Below, in pieces: positions 25,297-38,700 of a stretch of 64,000 nt of DNA. The notes below the pieces were generated by a model. The model was given only the letters and a program-made list of their open reading frames with translations, did no database searches and was not told where the DNA came from. The stretch lies in the NCBI RefSeq assembly GCF_009914755.1, contig NC_060930.1. The stretch is one strand, 5' to 3'. The DNA comes from the human T2T-CHM13v2.0 reference genome, Homo sapiens. Position 1 is the stretch's first letter; each line of letters starts with the position of its first letter. The position numbers were made by a program, and so were the translations under genes.

Positions 25297-25593
25297 TTTT
25301 ATTTTATACTTTGAGGCAGGGTCTCTATGTTGCTCAGGCTAGGGTGCGAGCAGAACAATCATGGCTCATTGCAGCCTTGACCTTCTGGGCTCAAGTGATC
25401 CTACTACCTCACCCTCCCAAGTATTTGGGACTATAGTTGTGCACCACCAGGCTCAGCTATTTTTTAATTTTTTGTAGATATGGGATCTCACTGTGTTGCT
25501 CTGGCTGGTCTTGAAATCCTGGGCTAAAGTGATCCCTCTCTCTTGGACTCCCAAAATACCAGGATTACAGACATGAAACACTGTGTCCAGCCC
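25297..25593 (-). mobile_element. AluJ with perfect 19-bp TSD
   Basis: tgcagccttgaccttctgggctcaagtgatcct. TSD tccaattttatgtacttta at 25278-25296 and 25594-25612. Confidence 0.93.
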
Positions 25594-25786
25594 TCCAATT
25601 TTATGTACTTTAAGTGCAAGTGCATTTTACATTTTCGTTTTTTACACCACTGTCAGGAGAAAAACTACGTAAAAAGTCTTGATTGAATCAACATCATAAC
25701 TGACTTTGCTCAAATAAAGATAAATAATTTTAGAAAAACTATTTATAATAAAAAGTATTTTTATTTTATTTTTTATCTAAACATTG

Positions 25787-26935
25787 CTTCAGGGGGTGCA
25801 GGCCCCAAGCCTTGGTGGCTTACACATAGTGTTGGGCCTGTGGGTGCCCAGAAGTCAAGAATTGAGGTTTGGAAAGCTCAGCCTAGATTTCAGAGGTTGA
25901 ATGGAAATGCCTGGATGTCCAGGCAAAATTCTGCTGCTGGGGCGGAGCCCTCATTGAATACATCTGCTAGGGCAGTGCAGAAGGGATATGTGGGGTCAGA
26001 GCTCCCACCAAGAGTTCCCAGTGGGGCACTGCTTAATGGAGCTGTAAGAAGAGGTCCACCGTCTTCCAGACTGCAGAATTGTAGATCCACCAACAGCTCG
26101 AACTGTGTCCCTAGAAAAGCTACAGACACTCAACATTAGCCTGTGAAAGCAGCAGGAGGAAGGCTGTATCCTGTAAAGTCACAGGGGTGGAGCTGCCCAA
26201 GACCATAAGAAACCACTTCTTACATCATTGTGATGTGGATGTGAGACATAGAGTCAAAGGAGATCATTTTGGAGCTTTAAGATTTGACTGCCCCACTGGA
26301 TTTTGGACTTGCATGGGGCCTGAATCCTCTTTGTTTTGGTCAATCTCTCTTATTTGGAATGGGTGTATTTAACTGATACCTATACCTCTGTTATATCTTG
26401 GAAGTAACTAACTTGCTTTTGATTTTACAGGCTCATAGCCAGAAGGGACTTGTCTTGTCTCAGATGAGACTTTGGATGTCAGACTTTTGAGTTAATGCTG
26501 AAATGAGTTAAGACTTTAGGGGAGTGTTGGGAATGCATGATTTTGTTTCAAAATGTGAGGACATGAGATTTGGCAGGGGCCAGGTGCATAATTTTATAGT
26601 TTGTGTCTCCATCCAAATCTCATCTACAATGTAATTTTCATAATCCCCACTTTTCAAGGGAGGGAGCAGGTGGGAAGTGATTGGATCATTGGGGCATTTT
26701 CCCCCTTGCTGTTCTCATAACAATAAGTCTCACAAGATTTGATGGTTTTATAGGGCTCTTGCTCACTCCCTCTTACCTGCTATCACGTAAGCCATGTCTC
26801 TTCACCTTCTGCCAAGATTATAAGTCTCCTGAGGCCTCCCCAGACATGCAGAATTGTGAATCAATTAAACTACTTTTCTTTATAAATTACCCAGTCTCAG
26901 TTATCTTTATATCAGCATGAGAATGGACTGATACA
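25787..26935 (+). mobile_element. 5'-truncated THE1 (MaLR) provirus: 3' half of internal region (~25787-26591) plus 3' LTR (~26592-26935)
   Basis: THE1-int motifs ccccaagccttgg, cagaagtcaagaattgaggtttgg and gatgtgagacatagagtcaaaggagatcattttggagctttaagatttgactgcc. LTR end caattaaac..tttataaattacccagtctcag..ggactgataca. Confidence 0.92.
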
Positions 26936-27523
26936 CTACTGTGCTTGTGTAACTTTGAAGTTGCCTTCCCAGTGGAATTAAATTATTGTTCAGGTCAGGG
27001 TACCAGAAAATGTAATCTGAAAATCTAGAAATTCCAGAAGTCTTCTAGGAGGTTAGTTGGATTCTAGCTTTGAGTACCTGTCTCAGATATGATTATAGCA
27101 TGAGTGTTTGAGGTAGGGTGTGGGAAGAGCTCACTAGAAAAGAGGAATTCCAGAAAATGATAAACTGAATTATTAGGAGTATCATTTACTATTATGTTGT
27201 AACTAATAAAAATCTAAAGGAGGAGTGTTGTGGCACCAGTTGATAGTGAGCTACAGCAAAAGAAAAAGAAAGGAAGAAAAATCTCTAAGAAATGAGACAA
27301 CCTGGGGATCAGTAGATCACATCAAAAATGTAGGATTCTGTGTGATATATGCTATATTTACAGAAGATTCAAACTTTGATGGCATTACTACAGGACTTCA
27401 AGTCTCGCCTACAATGTTTACACTGCCTCCTACCATATTTTAACATGCTTTCTTAGATAATTACGTATCTCATATATATATGTATAGACACACACACACA
27501 CACACAAACACACACATATATAT

Positions 27524-27757
27524 AGTTGATCTTCTGTATTCATGAGTTCTGCATCTGTGGATTCAACAACTAAACATAGCATTAGCATTGTATTAGTTAC
27601 ATGTAATCTATAGAAGACTTAAAGTATACATGAGATTGTCCACAGGTTATATGCAAATATCATACCATTTTCATATCAGGGACTTCAGCATCTGAGAATC
27701 TGGGTACCTACAAGGAGTCCTAAAATCAATCTCCCACAAAAACTGAGGGATTAAGGT
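27524..27757. mobile_element. MER2 (TcMar-Tigger), internally deleted, preceded by (CA)n/(TA)n
   Basis: gagttctgcatctgtggattcaac..aggttatatgcaaata..ccatttt..atcagggactt.agcatc..aatctccca..actgaggga. Confidence 0.8.
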
Positions 27758-27909
27758 ATATATTTGATATAAATACATATACACACATATATATATAAGT
27801 ATATAATTGTAATCCTATTATACAACATACAATTACATTGCTGATTATATCAACTAAATCTTAAGAGGCATTTTACAGCTTGCATACATTATCTTACACA
27901 AGTTCATAG

Positions 27910-28390
27910 GTATTAATTCCAGTTCCATACATATTTAATCTGTATTTTGATCAAGAGAAGGTATTGTGACAGCAAATAGGGAACAGAAATAGCATTGAAA
28001 GCCATTATCCCAACCAGCTTACTTTCTAATTGAGAGACAAACTTAGTCCATAGTGATCGTAATACTAGGAAGAATATGATAAATGCTATGAAAAACATGA
28101 TAAAAGTTTTTAGTCTAAAGTGATAAAATAAAGGAGATGGTATGTTATCTGAATGTTGAAAGAAAGATTTCAGAGTGTTAATGTGAGAAAAGACAACAAA
28201 GTAAAGAATATGATAAGAAAAAGTTCAGAAGTAGGAAAGCACAATACATTTGTGAAATATTTACAGTTTGGCTGGAGCATTGGTTGGAAAGGAGTAAGGA
28301 ATAAAGTTAAAATTGTAGGGTAGGATCATACTGTAGATCAGCTTTAATGTCAAGGTGATTCATTGTGTAATGTTTCTCTAAGTACCAGTA
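27910..28390 (-). mobile_element. L2 3' fragment
   Basis: gcttactttctaattgagagac..gataaatgctatga..cagtttggctggagca. Confidence 0.55.
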
Positions 28391-29412
28391 GATAAAGTAA
28401 ATAAATTTATTTGAAGCATGTTAATCGAAATTTACATTTGCTCAAATGTTCACTGAAGAGAAATGTACTCTATATTTTTGTAGTGTATATGTCAATTCTT
28501 ATTACTTGGTATGTCCTAACATGTTATATGCCAGATTTATCTTATTTCCAAGTTCAGAAGTACATCTATTTAAAGTAGAGTGTTTTATCTTTTGATTAGC
28601 TGGGATGACCTTTTGATCACAAGATTTTTTTTCTCTCTTTTTTTGTATCATGGATTGTATTCATTAAGCTTTTACCAGGAGAAAGAAAGAATGTAGTAAA
28701 CAGAGTAAAATCAATTATAACTCAATTCAGCTCTTGAAATTTTCTAGAATACTTGTACAACACAAAAATCATAACCCTAGAGATTTCTTCTCCTTAGAGT
28801 ATATATATTAACTTGAGCTGTTCCGCTACAGCTTTCTTATAATAGTTCTTCCACCCACGACAGTCCTTATTAAGACTAAGATCTGAAATACTGTAGGCTT
28901 AATTCTCCTTCAAACCAAGGAAAAACATTTTTTTCTTTACATTTACAGAGCACTCAACTGAATTCTGTATATTTTATTTCCTTTTGACGCATAACTCCAA
29001 AAGAAAGGAAGAAAGATGTCCCATGCTTTCCATAAAAGAATGACTCAGAGTTAAAGCTGTCTTCTAAGTAATATTACATAAGTAATTTTTTCAAAAATAT
29101 ATTACTTAAAATATTAGTCCATCTGTTTGAAAAATATAAGGCAATAATTTTAACACATAGGAAATTAGTATTTATCTATAAAAATATTGCACACAAAATT
29201 GAACCAATGCTGAAATAGAATAATAAATCAACATCCCTGAAAATAAATGAATTGCTAATCCAAATGCCCACTTCCTTCTTCTCCTTACCTCTAAGATTTC
29301 TGAACAAGATAGATGTGTTTCAGGTTAGCATTACTAGACCTTTAAGATATTTCTTCTGAATTGTACACAAAATGCTTCAGAGAACAGAAAAAGAGAGAAA
29401 TTCCCTCTTATC

Positions 29413-29905
29413 ATTTTTAACAATCTTATTGAAGTGACATGCAATAAGCCACACCGATTTAAATCATACAATTTAATAAATTGTGACATTTGTTTATACC
29501 CTGAAACAGTTACTATAATCAAGATATTGAGCAAATTCATCTCACCACAAGTTTCTGCTGTCATTGTGTAATTCTTTCTTGCATCTCTTTCCTAGATTCT
29601 TTCTGCAAGTATTGATCTGTTTTCTGTCAATACAGATTTGTTTGTATTTCATGGAATTTTAAGTAAATAGAATTATGCAGTAAGTACTCTTTTGGGGGTC
29701 TAACTTCAATTCTAGATCATTATTCTGATATTCATCCATGTTGTAGCCTGTATCAACAGTTATTTGATTCTATTTCTGAGTAGTGTCCTAAATGTGAGGA
29801 TATACTACAATTCGGTTTGGTTTTGTCTTAAATTCACAGATAGTCATTTTGAGTTGTCTCCAGTTTGGAGCTTTTATGAATAAAGTTTCTATGGATAAGT
29901 GTTTT
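29413..29905 (-). mobile_element. L1ME/L1MB-type 3' fragment
   Basis: aacaatcttattgaagt..ataatcaagata..tgatctgttttctgtca.tacagat..ttcatccatgttgtagc.tgtatcaacagt. Confidence 0.75.
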
Positions 29906-29925
29906 ACCCAATTACCCTATAAGGG

Positions 29926-30245
29926 TTTTTGTTTATTTATTTATTTATTATTATTATTTTTTGAGATGGAGTCTCGCTGTTGTAGCCCGGGCTGGAGTGC
30001 AATGGCGTGATCTTGGCTCACTGCAACCTCTGCCTCCCGGGTTCTAGCAATTTTCCTGCCTCAGCCTCCTGAGTAGCTGAGATTACAGGCACCCGCTGCC
30101 ACGCCCAGCTGATTTTTGTATTTTTAGGAGAGACGGGGTTTCACCCTGTTGACCAGGCTGGTCTCGAGCTCCTGACTTCAGGTGATCCACCCACCTCGGC
30201 CTCCCAAAGTGTTGGGACTGCAGGCGTGAGCCACTGCACCCGGCC
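29926..30245 (-). mobile_element. AluS (Sq/Sp-like) with (TTTA)n tail
   Basis: ctcgctgttgt.gccc..gctggagtgcaatggcg and tcaggtgatccacccacctcggcctcccaaagt. Confidence 0.92.
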
Positions 30246-33024
30246 TATTTTTTTTTATTTTTATACCTGTAATTTATAGATGAGGAATTGAGTCTTACAT
30301 ATGTAACAGGTTAATTCTTCATCTATCAGTTAACTAAAACTATTCAATTAATAAAGAAGGAATAGTGATTCAAAATCATGTCTAACTTCAATAAACATCC
30401 TTTACTATTCATCTTCATTGAACCAGTGAAAAGAAATTATCAAATGTACCTTATAATGTGAAATGTTTTGTCAGGTCATGATACTGCTGGGAACAGAAGG
30501 ACATAGTTTCAATCATGGTTATTCTTAACTTCTGAGACAGACTAATTTTTCACAGCTCCCAAGATTCCAGTTATTAAATATAGAATGCCAAATATGTCAG
30601 CATTATGGCTTAAATTAAATTTTAAAGTGCAAGAAACTGTACCAAATAAATATATCATGAAGTACCATCATTTAGGCGCAACATTAATGGCATATTTGGG
30701 GTGAATAAAACAAAAATGACAAAAAGAAGTTTACATTGTCGCTGTGTGAGAGTAGATGAATAAAGGCAAAAGGCAGTCTTAGAAGAAACTAAGATTTTGC
30801 ATGTTTCTATATAAACATTTCCAATGATTTCAGGCTGCAGATATTAATGTGACCATAATAGATGTGTTTCTCGTATATATTTCTCCCAGCAATATGTTAC
30901 ATTTCAGATAAATTTCCTATTTAGGAGTGTGAAATATTATGCAATTATTGGAAGAATAACAAAAGTGTGAATGTATGCATTGAGTCTTGTTTTGTTTTAC
31001 AGTTTATTCTTATACTTTTTGTTATATGTTGTTCGCAGATACTTTATTCCCTAGGAAGTACACAAAATGGAGTTATGGCTGTCTATCTGGGATAGTGTAT
31101 TTGCCTTTTAGAATGATAGGTTTGGTCACATTAAAGTAAATTTGATCAAGCCTGTTTAGAAAAGCCAAGAAGAGAACCCTAGAGACCTTTTCGTCACAAC
31201 TAAGGATGTGATATGGATAAAAGGATATAAAGAAAGGTACAAAACAGAATTCTTTCCTTAAGATTAAGCCTTGTTAGAATCAAGTATCATAAGCAAGTGT
31301 TTCAAACCAAGGATCAGACTTTCTATCTAAGAATGTGAGGGATTAGCAATCCTTGGAAATCAAAGTAGAAGAAAGATGAACATTAGTGAAATCTGACAAT
31401 AGGGCTTAGATACTGGACTGAAGTAACGAGAGGCCATTTGGAGAATGGGAGTGAAGTCAGAAACTCTGGCACTGAGAAGAAGAGGATGCACAACAAAAGG
31501 TCCAGAAACTGGAGAAGTGCCACAGGATATGTGGATCTCATTTCAATGAATCGAAGGTATGTGGTAGAAACTCAGTTTCAAGAATATTTTGGAATAAGGC
31601 AAGGACACAAGACTTGGGGACTCAAGATCTAAGTGGGGCTAGCAGTCAACTGATACCCTGTTGATTAAGTGACCCCAAATCATATATCATCTGGCTAAAA
31701 AGAGAGACAATCCTTAGGAGTCAGGTCCAATAATTTCTAAATTTTTAAGAAAAAATTAATTGTGACAATCTTGAAGCACAAATACTGCAGAGACAAGAGT
31801 TTAATCTGTCCATTATGTGCATAGTCCTAACCAAGATAAAAGGTATCTCTGGTATCCCCATGCTCAATTATTCCCAGATTCAGTTTGAATTAATGAAACT
31901 CTATACAGATCTAGGGTTCTGATCTTGTATAAAATATGCTCTATTAACTGAAATTCTAAGTGCCATATTTGAAATTATTGGAATGTCACATATGCAAGAA
32001 TCACATTGTTCTCATGAATGGAAATATCCATGAAAAACCTCTGCATTTTATAAAATAACTAAATAATAAAAAGAAATAGAAGCAAAGCTAGAATATTTCT
32101 ATTCTGGGTAAGGAAATCACATGTGAGAGTATGGCAGGATTACTTTTTCTTCCTAAGCAATGCTCAAGGAAGAGAAAAATGGGTAAAGAGGCCAATATTT
32201 ATTATATGCTTTTTATGAGCCATAAATACACAATTATCTCAACTGTTTCTCACAAAAGCCACAGTGCATATTACCACCATATTACATATGAGTGTCCTGA
32301 AGAAGATATTAAGTATTTCATCACATGGGTGACAAAAATATACAGTTCAATTTTAAAATGCATTTATATCTTTCTAAAGTTTGACTGCTTTAAAATATAT
32401 CAGACTGCTTGCTTAATTATAAAATCGACTCTAACTGGATCATAGCCATTTATGTAACTCAGGTCACAGAGCATATAATAATAACTATGAATATGTCTCT
32501 GAATAATCAGATGCAGAATGTACTTCCATATTTAGTAATATGTTTATGCATCTTTAATTTAGTGCTAATAGTTTCCTTACTACACAGTTATTTGCTTGGT
32601 TTCTTAGTAGTGATTTTAAATACACTCTAATTTCCTCTGATTAAATATTAAGCTCCTTTATAGTAAGACCATAGGCAATTTATTAACAGTTTACACAGCA
32701 CAAGAAATACATTTTTAATTATATTCTATTGGATGCATCCCAGTTTCCCTTTTTCAATATTCTTTACCCCGTTTCCCATTTGTGTCATTTCTCTTAATCA
32801 TTTTAGACAGATAGTATAATAGATTTTTGTATAAATTGTCATATATTGCTTATGATTAAGAAATATTAACATTAGTTATACATTTCTATATCTTCTGATA
32901 ATCATGAATTCATTATGCTATGCATATTTATGGACACAAACTTCATGTTACACATTCTTCTTGATAACAAAAATGACCAAACCCCTGGATATAATTCAAG
33001 CAGTCTTATTTTACTTGACAGATT

Positions 33025-33206
33025 CCTGGTTTTTCAAAATATGATTTTTGGACAACTTTCATCAGAAAACCTAAAGGGCTTGTTAAAAATGGACACGTCT
33101 CGCTCCTATCCTAGACTGACTGAATTAGAATAAGTCGGAGCAGAACACAAGTCTGCAGTTTTAAAATGACATGGAGGAATTATTCTGTACCCAAAAGCTT
33201 AGAGCA
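33025..33206. mobile_element. MER5-type hAT-Charlie element
   Basis: tggtttttcaaa..catcagaa.acct..gcttgttaaaaatg..actgaattagaa..tctgcagtttt. Confidence 0.6.
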
Positions 33207-33209
33207 AAT

Positions 33210-33630
33210 AATCTGGTAAAAGCCCCTTAAGGTACTGACCCTTCCTGAAGTCAGAAACTTCTCTGAAGAAGTAAGCTGTTATGTAAGTGGTCATGTTGGA
33301 GAAGCCACATGGCAAGGGACTGTAAGCAAGTTCTCAGAGCTGAGTAGCCTCTACTTAAGAAACTAAAACCTTCAGTTCTGCAGCCACAAGTAAATGGATT
33401 TTGCCAACAAACTGATGGGGCTTGGAAGTGGACCTTTACTCCATCAACATCTAATGAGGCTTCTGCTGACACCTAGATTGCACCTAGTGACATTCTAAAA
33501 TAGAGGATAGTTAAGCCCAGATAAGCCATGCCTGACTTTTGAATGGTAAAAACTGTGACATGATAAATGTGCATTGTGTTAAGCCACTAAATATGCTTAA
33601 AAATGCAAACATAGAAAATGAATAGAAACA
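33210..33630 (+). mobile_element. MLT1E-type LTR 3' part
   Basis: gccacatggcaaggga.tg..aagaaact..ccttcagt..cagccacaag..gccaacaa.ctga..gcttggaagtgga..aactgtga..ataaatgtg..ttaagccactaaa. Confidence 0.75.
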
Positions 33631-34590
33631 CGTATAGCTAACCACATATGTTATCACATTGAATACAATACTCCTATAATGTAGAGACATTTAATATCTA
33701 TACTTTACTGTGGAGGAAAAATAATTTTTAAATAAAATATTATATCCATGGTCATATAGCCAACAAGTAGGAGAAGTAATATTTAGTAATGTTTGATCCA
33801 AAAGTGCATAAGTCTAGGACCCATTCTCATATAAGACCATTAGGAGATCAATATAATATGAATTATACATTCATATATATAAAATATAATATGAATTATA
33901 GATCAATTCAATAAAAGATCAATATAACATGAGACACTTATGGGTGAAGATTTCCTAAAATCACTAATATCCTTCCTAAAAATTCTAAAAATTTTATGCT
34001 TCTGTATCAGCAGGCCAATGAAGCGTGTATTTGTAGATTTAAATTAGGACAAATACATATTACAATGAGAAATTAACATCTATGTCTGTCATCAACTTGC
34101 TGGTAGGCAAGCAACTATAAGTAGCTTTTCTAATCTGTGTTGAGATCAACGCTGTGTAGGAGTAAATCCAGGCTCTTGCAAAGTGCAGAGTATGTACATC
34201 AGGTAAAACAGCAATGGATACTAGCTGAGCTGGTAATTATTTTCTAGGCCCATGTCTTAGTTCCAATAAGGCGAACCTGTCTGAGTAAGGTAGAAACTCA
34301 GCAGATCGATTGGGATCTACTGGCCCCCAAACATCTTGCCAAGCTCTGTAGGCTGACAAGTGCTAGCCTGGAAGTCATGCAGAGTAAGTTCTCATTTTGG
34401 AAATACCTGAATGAGACTTAGGGACTTGCAGGTTGCAGACTTGTAGGGCCCCTTGGCTCAAAATCACCCTCTACCCTCAACCCTACATACAGGTCCTTTC
34501 GGTACTCTACGTAATAAACTCTGATCCATGGACCAAATCTCACTGAACACCTGTTTTTGGATGGCTCATGAGTTAAGACTATTTTTAAAT

Positions 34591-35266
<676 letters not shown>

Positions 35267-37899
35267 AAATATTTTAAATGGTTTTTTATAATAAAAAATA
35301 ATACTATTTTATGACATGAAAATTATATTACATTCAAATTTCAGTGTCCACAAATGAAATTTTGTTGGAACACAACCACACTTAATTTGTTTATCCACTG
35401 CTTATGGCTGTTTTCCTGCTACAATCACTGTGTTGAGTAGTTTTGAGAAATCTGATGGCCCTCAAAACTGCAAATATTTGCTATGTGGCCTTTTCCAGAA
35501 AAAAATTGTTGACTCTTATTCTAGATCATCTCTGGTCAGAGATTGGGGCCAAACTGTATTTGTAGACTTAGTTTTCATTTGTTTAGGAATTGAAAGGGGT
35601 ATAGTCAAGAGGCTAAAATCCTTTTTACTTCTAGTTTGGAGGAATTAAGGTAGAGAGGTAAATACACCAATTATAACTTGCACGTTTAACAAAATATGCA
35701 ATTTTAAAGTATTCGGGAAACTCTCCCTCTAAAACACACACACAGACACACATATACACACATGCATACACATGCACAAAGAAGTGACAAACTAATACAT
35801 ATTCTAATAGTGAGTTCAAGTGAGAATAACATTAGCTCATGAATATAAATTATGCTGAATTTATGTGATTAGTAAATTGACATTACCGTATTTACTACAT
35901 TTTCATGGAAAATACTCTAAACCTGAAAAAATTATTCCTAATAATTAATACATCCTTAGAAAGAACACATGTGAATATTCTATACAAATGATTTCCTCCA
36001 TTAGGTTTGAAGAATACAAATTTTCCAACATTGGGGGAAAAAATAGAATCATACTAATGTTTGAATATCTATATATCTCCATCATTAGTGGTATTTAGAA
36101 AAAGTCATTTGTGTTCAAATATTCCCAATGGTAGTTTTTGCTAATTAGTGAAAGATTGCTTAAGAAAATCATAAATATTATACATGAATATATATGTTTA
36201 TCTATCTAAAAACTCAACCAAAATGTAACCAAAAATTAGTATGTTCAAAAGACACCAAAAATTTCCTAGATGAAAAGAACATTTCTTGCTTGTTAACATA
36301 GGTCTACAAGCTTTTATAATTTTCCAAGTGACATTTTTATAGGTTTAAAAAATTATTCTTGGTCTCTCTCAGTCCTTTAAAACAAATATTTATTGTCTGT
36401 CATGGAACTGAGGCATGGAATTTTTAACGTATTTTTTTCAACCTCCCCAAACAACATTGACTCTTAAAAATATACTGAAGTATCTCTGTAATTGTAAAAA
36501 TTTGATACTAACATAGGGCCTAAAATGCATTTTTTAAAATGATTATTTTTACTGAGACAAAAGGAACTTAAAATTCAAAATGAAATAAAAATGAACTTAA
36601 ATTAAAATTGTTGAAGATATTTTGATAATTTAAAATAATTTTAGTAAAAAATTAAGTGGAGATTGAGTTCTTATGTTGACATCCCAAGTAAAGTAAATTT
36701 TGTGTCACCCCACACAAAAGAAAAAAAGATTTTGCTTTGTCTCTCAAACAAATCCCCCATGCACTACGAATGTTCCTGAGAGACATAGAGTTTCATTACT
36801 TAAGAAGAAATAGCTAGTCTTGAAGAATTGGCTTGCGGTAGATGAGCTTCTGGGAGTTTGTGAAGATAATTCTATCATGAATAGTAATGAGTTTAGATAT
36901 GGTATTCGCTGACTGCAGTGAGAATATAGAGAAAATCAAGGAAGGTTCCAACATCATCAAAGCTCTATGGATTCATGATTTGAACTGCCAATTATCTCTT
37001 TTATTTAAGGGCAAAGCCAAATTGTGCAAATTATAATCCATATTCATTACTGTTCTCTAGGGAAATGGTTGAAATCCCAGCCTCCTCTTTTGAATGGCTT
37101 CCTTTTGTCACAGAGATATTCTCCTGGAAAAGTTATGTCTTACTAGAAGACAGTAATTCACATAATGTCCTCACACACATAAGAAGATCGGATTTGGCCC
37201 TGGGAAAATTATAGTTATTTTGCTGGAGAAAATATTCCGCCTTATTGAGTTAACTTACATTTAGAAAATGGTAACAACAATAAACCAATTGGGTGGTTGA
37301 GGCTTCAGAAACCACTTTTGCTATGCAGATATTAAAACTTGGGGTAAATATTCATATACCATGGTCACTGTTATCCAGAAGGCATAAGAACACTTAAATG
37401 TGCAAGATATAAGTTTATTCCTTAGGATTTGTCTTCTACCTTTGTGCATACATTAATACTGGTAAAGTAAGGTGAAGCATTCCTTATATAATCATTTAAA
37501 AAGGTTATAGATATTGTTTTGAGCTTCAGTTCATTTAATTAGACAAATTTTCTCATTTACTCAAGTGAACATTACAATCTCAATTCCAGTCTTTATGTTT
37601 TAAATATACAATGGCACTATGTGCCAAATGGTTTTGAATCACGTTCTAGATACATGATAATTTTATTCTGGTGACCTAATCAATTCTAACTATTTTGCAG
37701 TGTAGTAGAGTACAGGCTTTGGATTCAATACCATTTTTCAAGGGAAGTAAGAAAATCTGCTTTGCATTTAAGACTATGATGTAATGTCTCACATTTGCAG
37801 ATTATTTAAAATGAAAAACAGGTTTTCACCACTTGGAAGCTTATATTTTCAGTGGTATTCATGACAGGCAAAGCACATTTGAGGCAAAAGTATATATAT

Positions 37900-38700
37900 A
37901 TATGACTTTCAACTGGTGGGCCTGATCAGAGCAGGTGACATTAAATAATTAACAAGTTCTCTTTCCTAACCACACACCATGCTTTAATTAATATCATTCC
38001 TTAAAATAAGGGGTTGTTTACCAATGCTGCCTCTGCAAGCTGATTGCTGCTCACAGAAAAACCTCTGAGACATGACTATGCCCAAGGGATTGCTTTCACT
38101 TCATTGTTTACAATAACTACAAACAAAGAGCTGCAAAAGCTCATCTCGCCATGAGGCATCCTGACAATCTGCCAGTTTAGTCACCAATAATAATGAGACT
38201 GGCACCAGCAATAAGCTCAGTGCTAATCTAATGAGGGCCTGTTTCATTCCCCCATTGATATTACAGCAGCTGCTAAGCACCCGATGTTTAGGACATACAA
38301 ACAAGAGGTGTGTCTCCAACTAGTTGAAAGATAATTACCCCCACAATATGGCCTTGACGGCACACACAAGCAGCAGTGCCATCTTATTTTTCTGCAACAT
38401 TTCCTAGAGATAGAATATCTTGTCAAGAGTACAAAACTAATGAGGTCATCTGCCTATGCTAAGCTTGAAAAAGGCTCAATTAGTTGTTATTGTTGCTGGT
38501 GGGGTTTTGTTGTCACTGTTTTGCTTTTTTTTTTTTCCTCCAGTCATCCATGCAGATAAGAACATACATGTGATTTACGAACTTGTGTATATAAGGACCA
38601 TGTGATGTCACTTCCTTCACTTAGTTCCTGGGGTGAATGCAATTACGAACAGATGGGCAAATGACATGATTCCACTGCTAATGAACTTCCCTACTGAGGA
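37900..38700. promoter_or_regulatory. Candidate non-repetitive enhancer-like element
   Basis: No recognisable repeat, raised GC. Clustered TGTTTAC x2, CATTGT/AACAAAG, GCCN4GGC, TAATCTAATGA and GCAGCTGC motifs. Function is inferred only. Confidence 0.4.

Noticed and set aside
31150-31730. Purine-rich block that might be an old LTR or exon
   Set aside because: No termini, TSD or family motif that I can recognise; the 64-aa ORF is uninformative.
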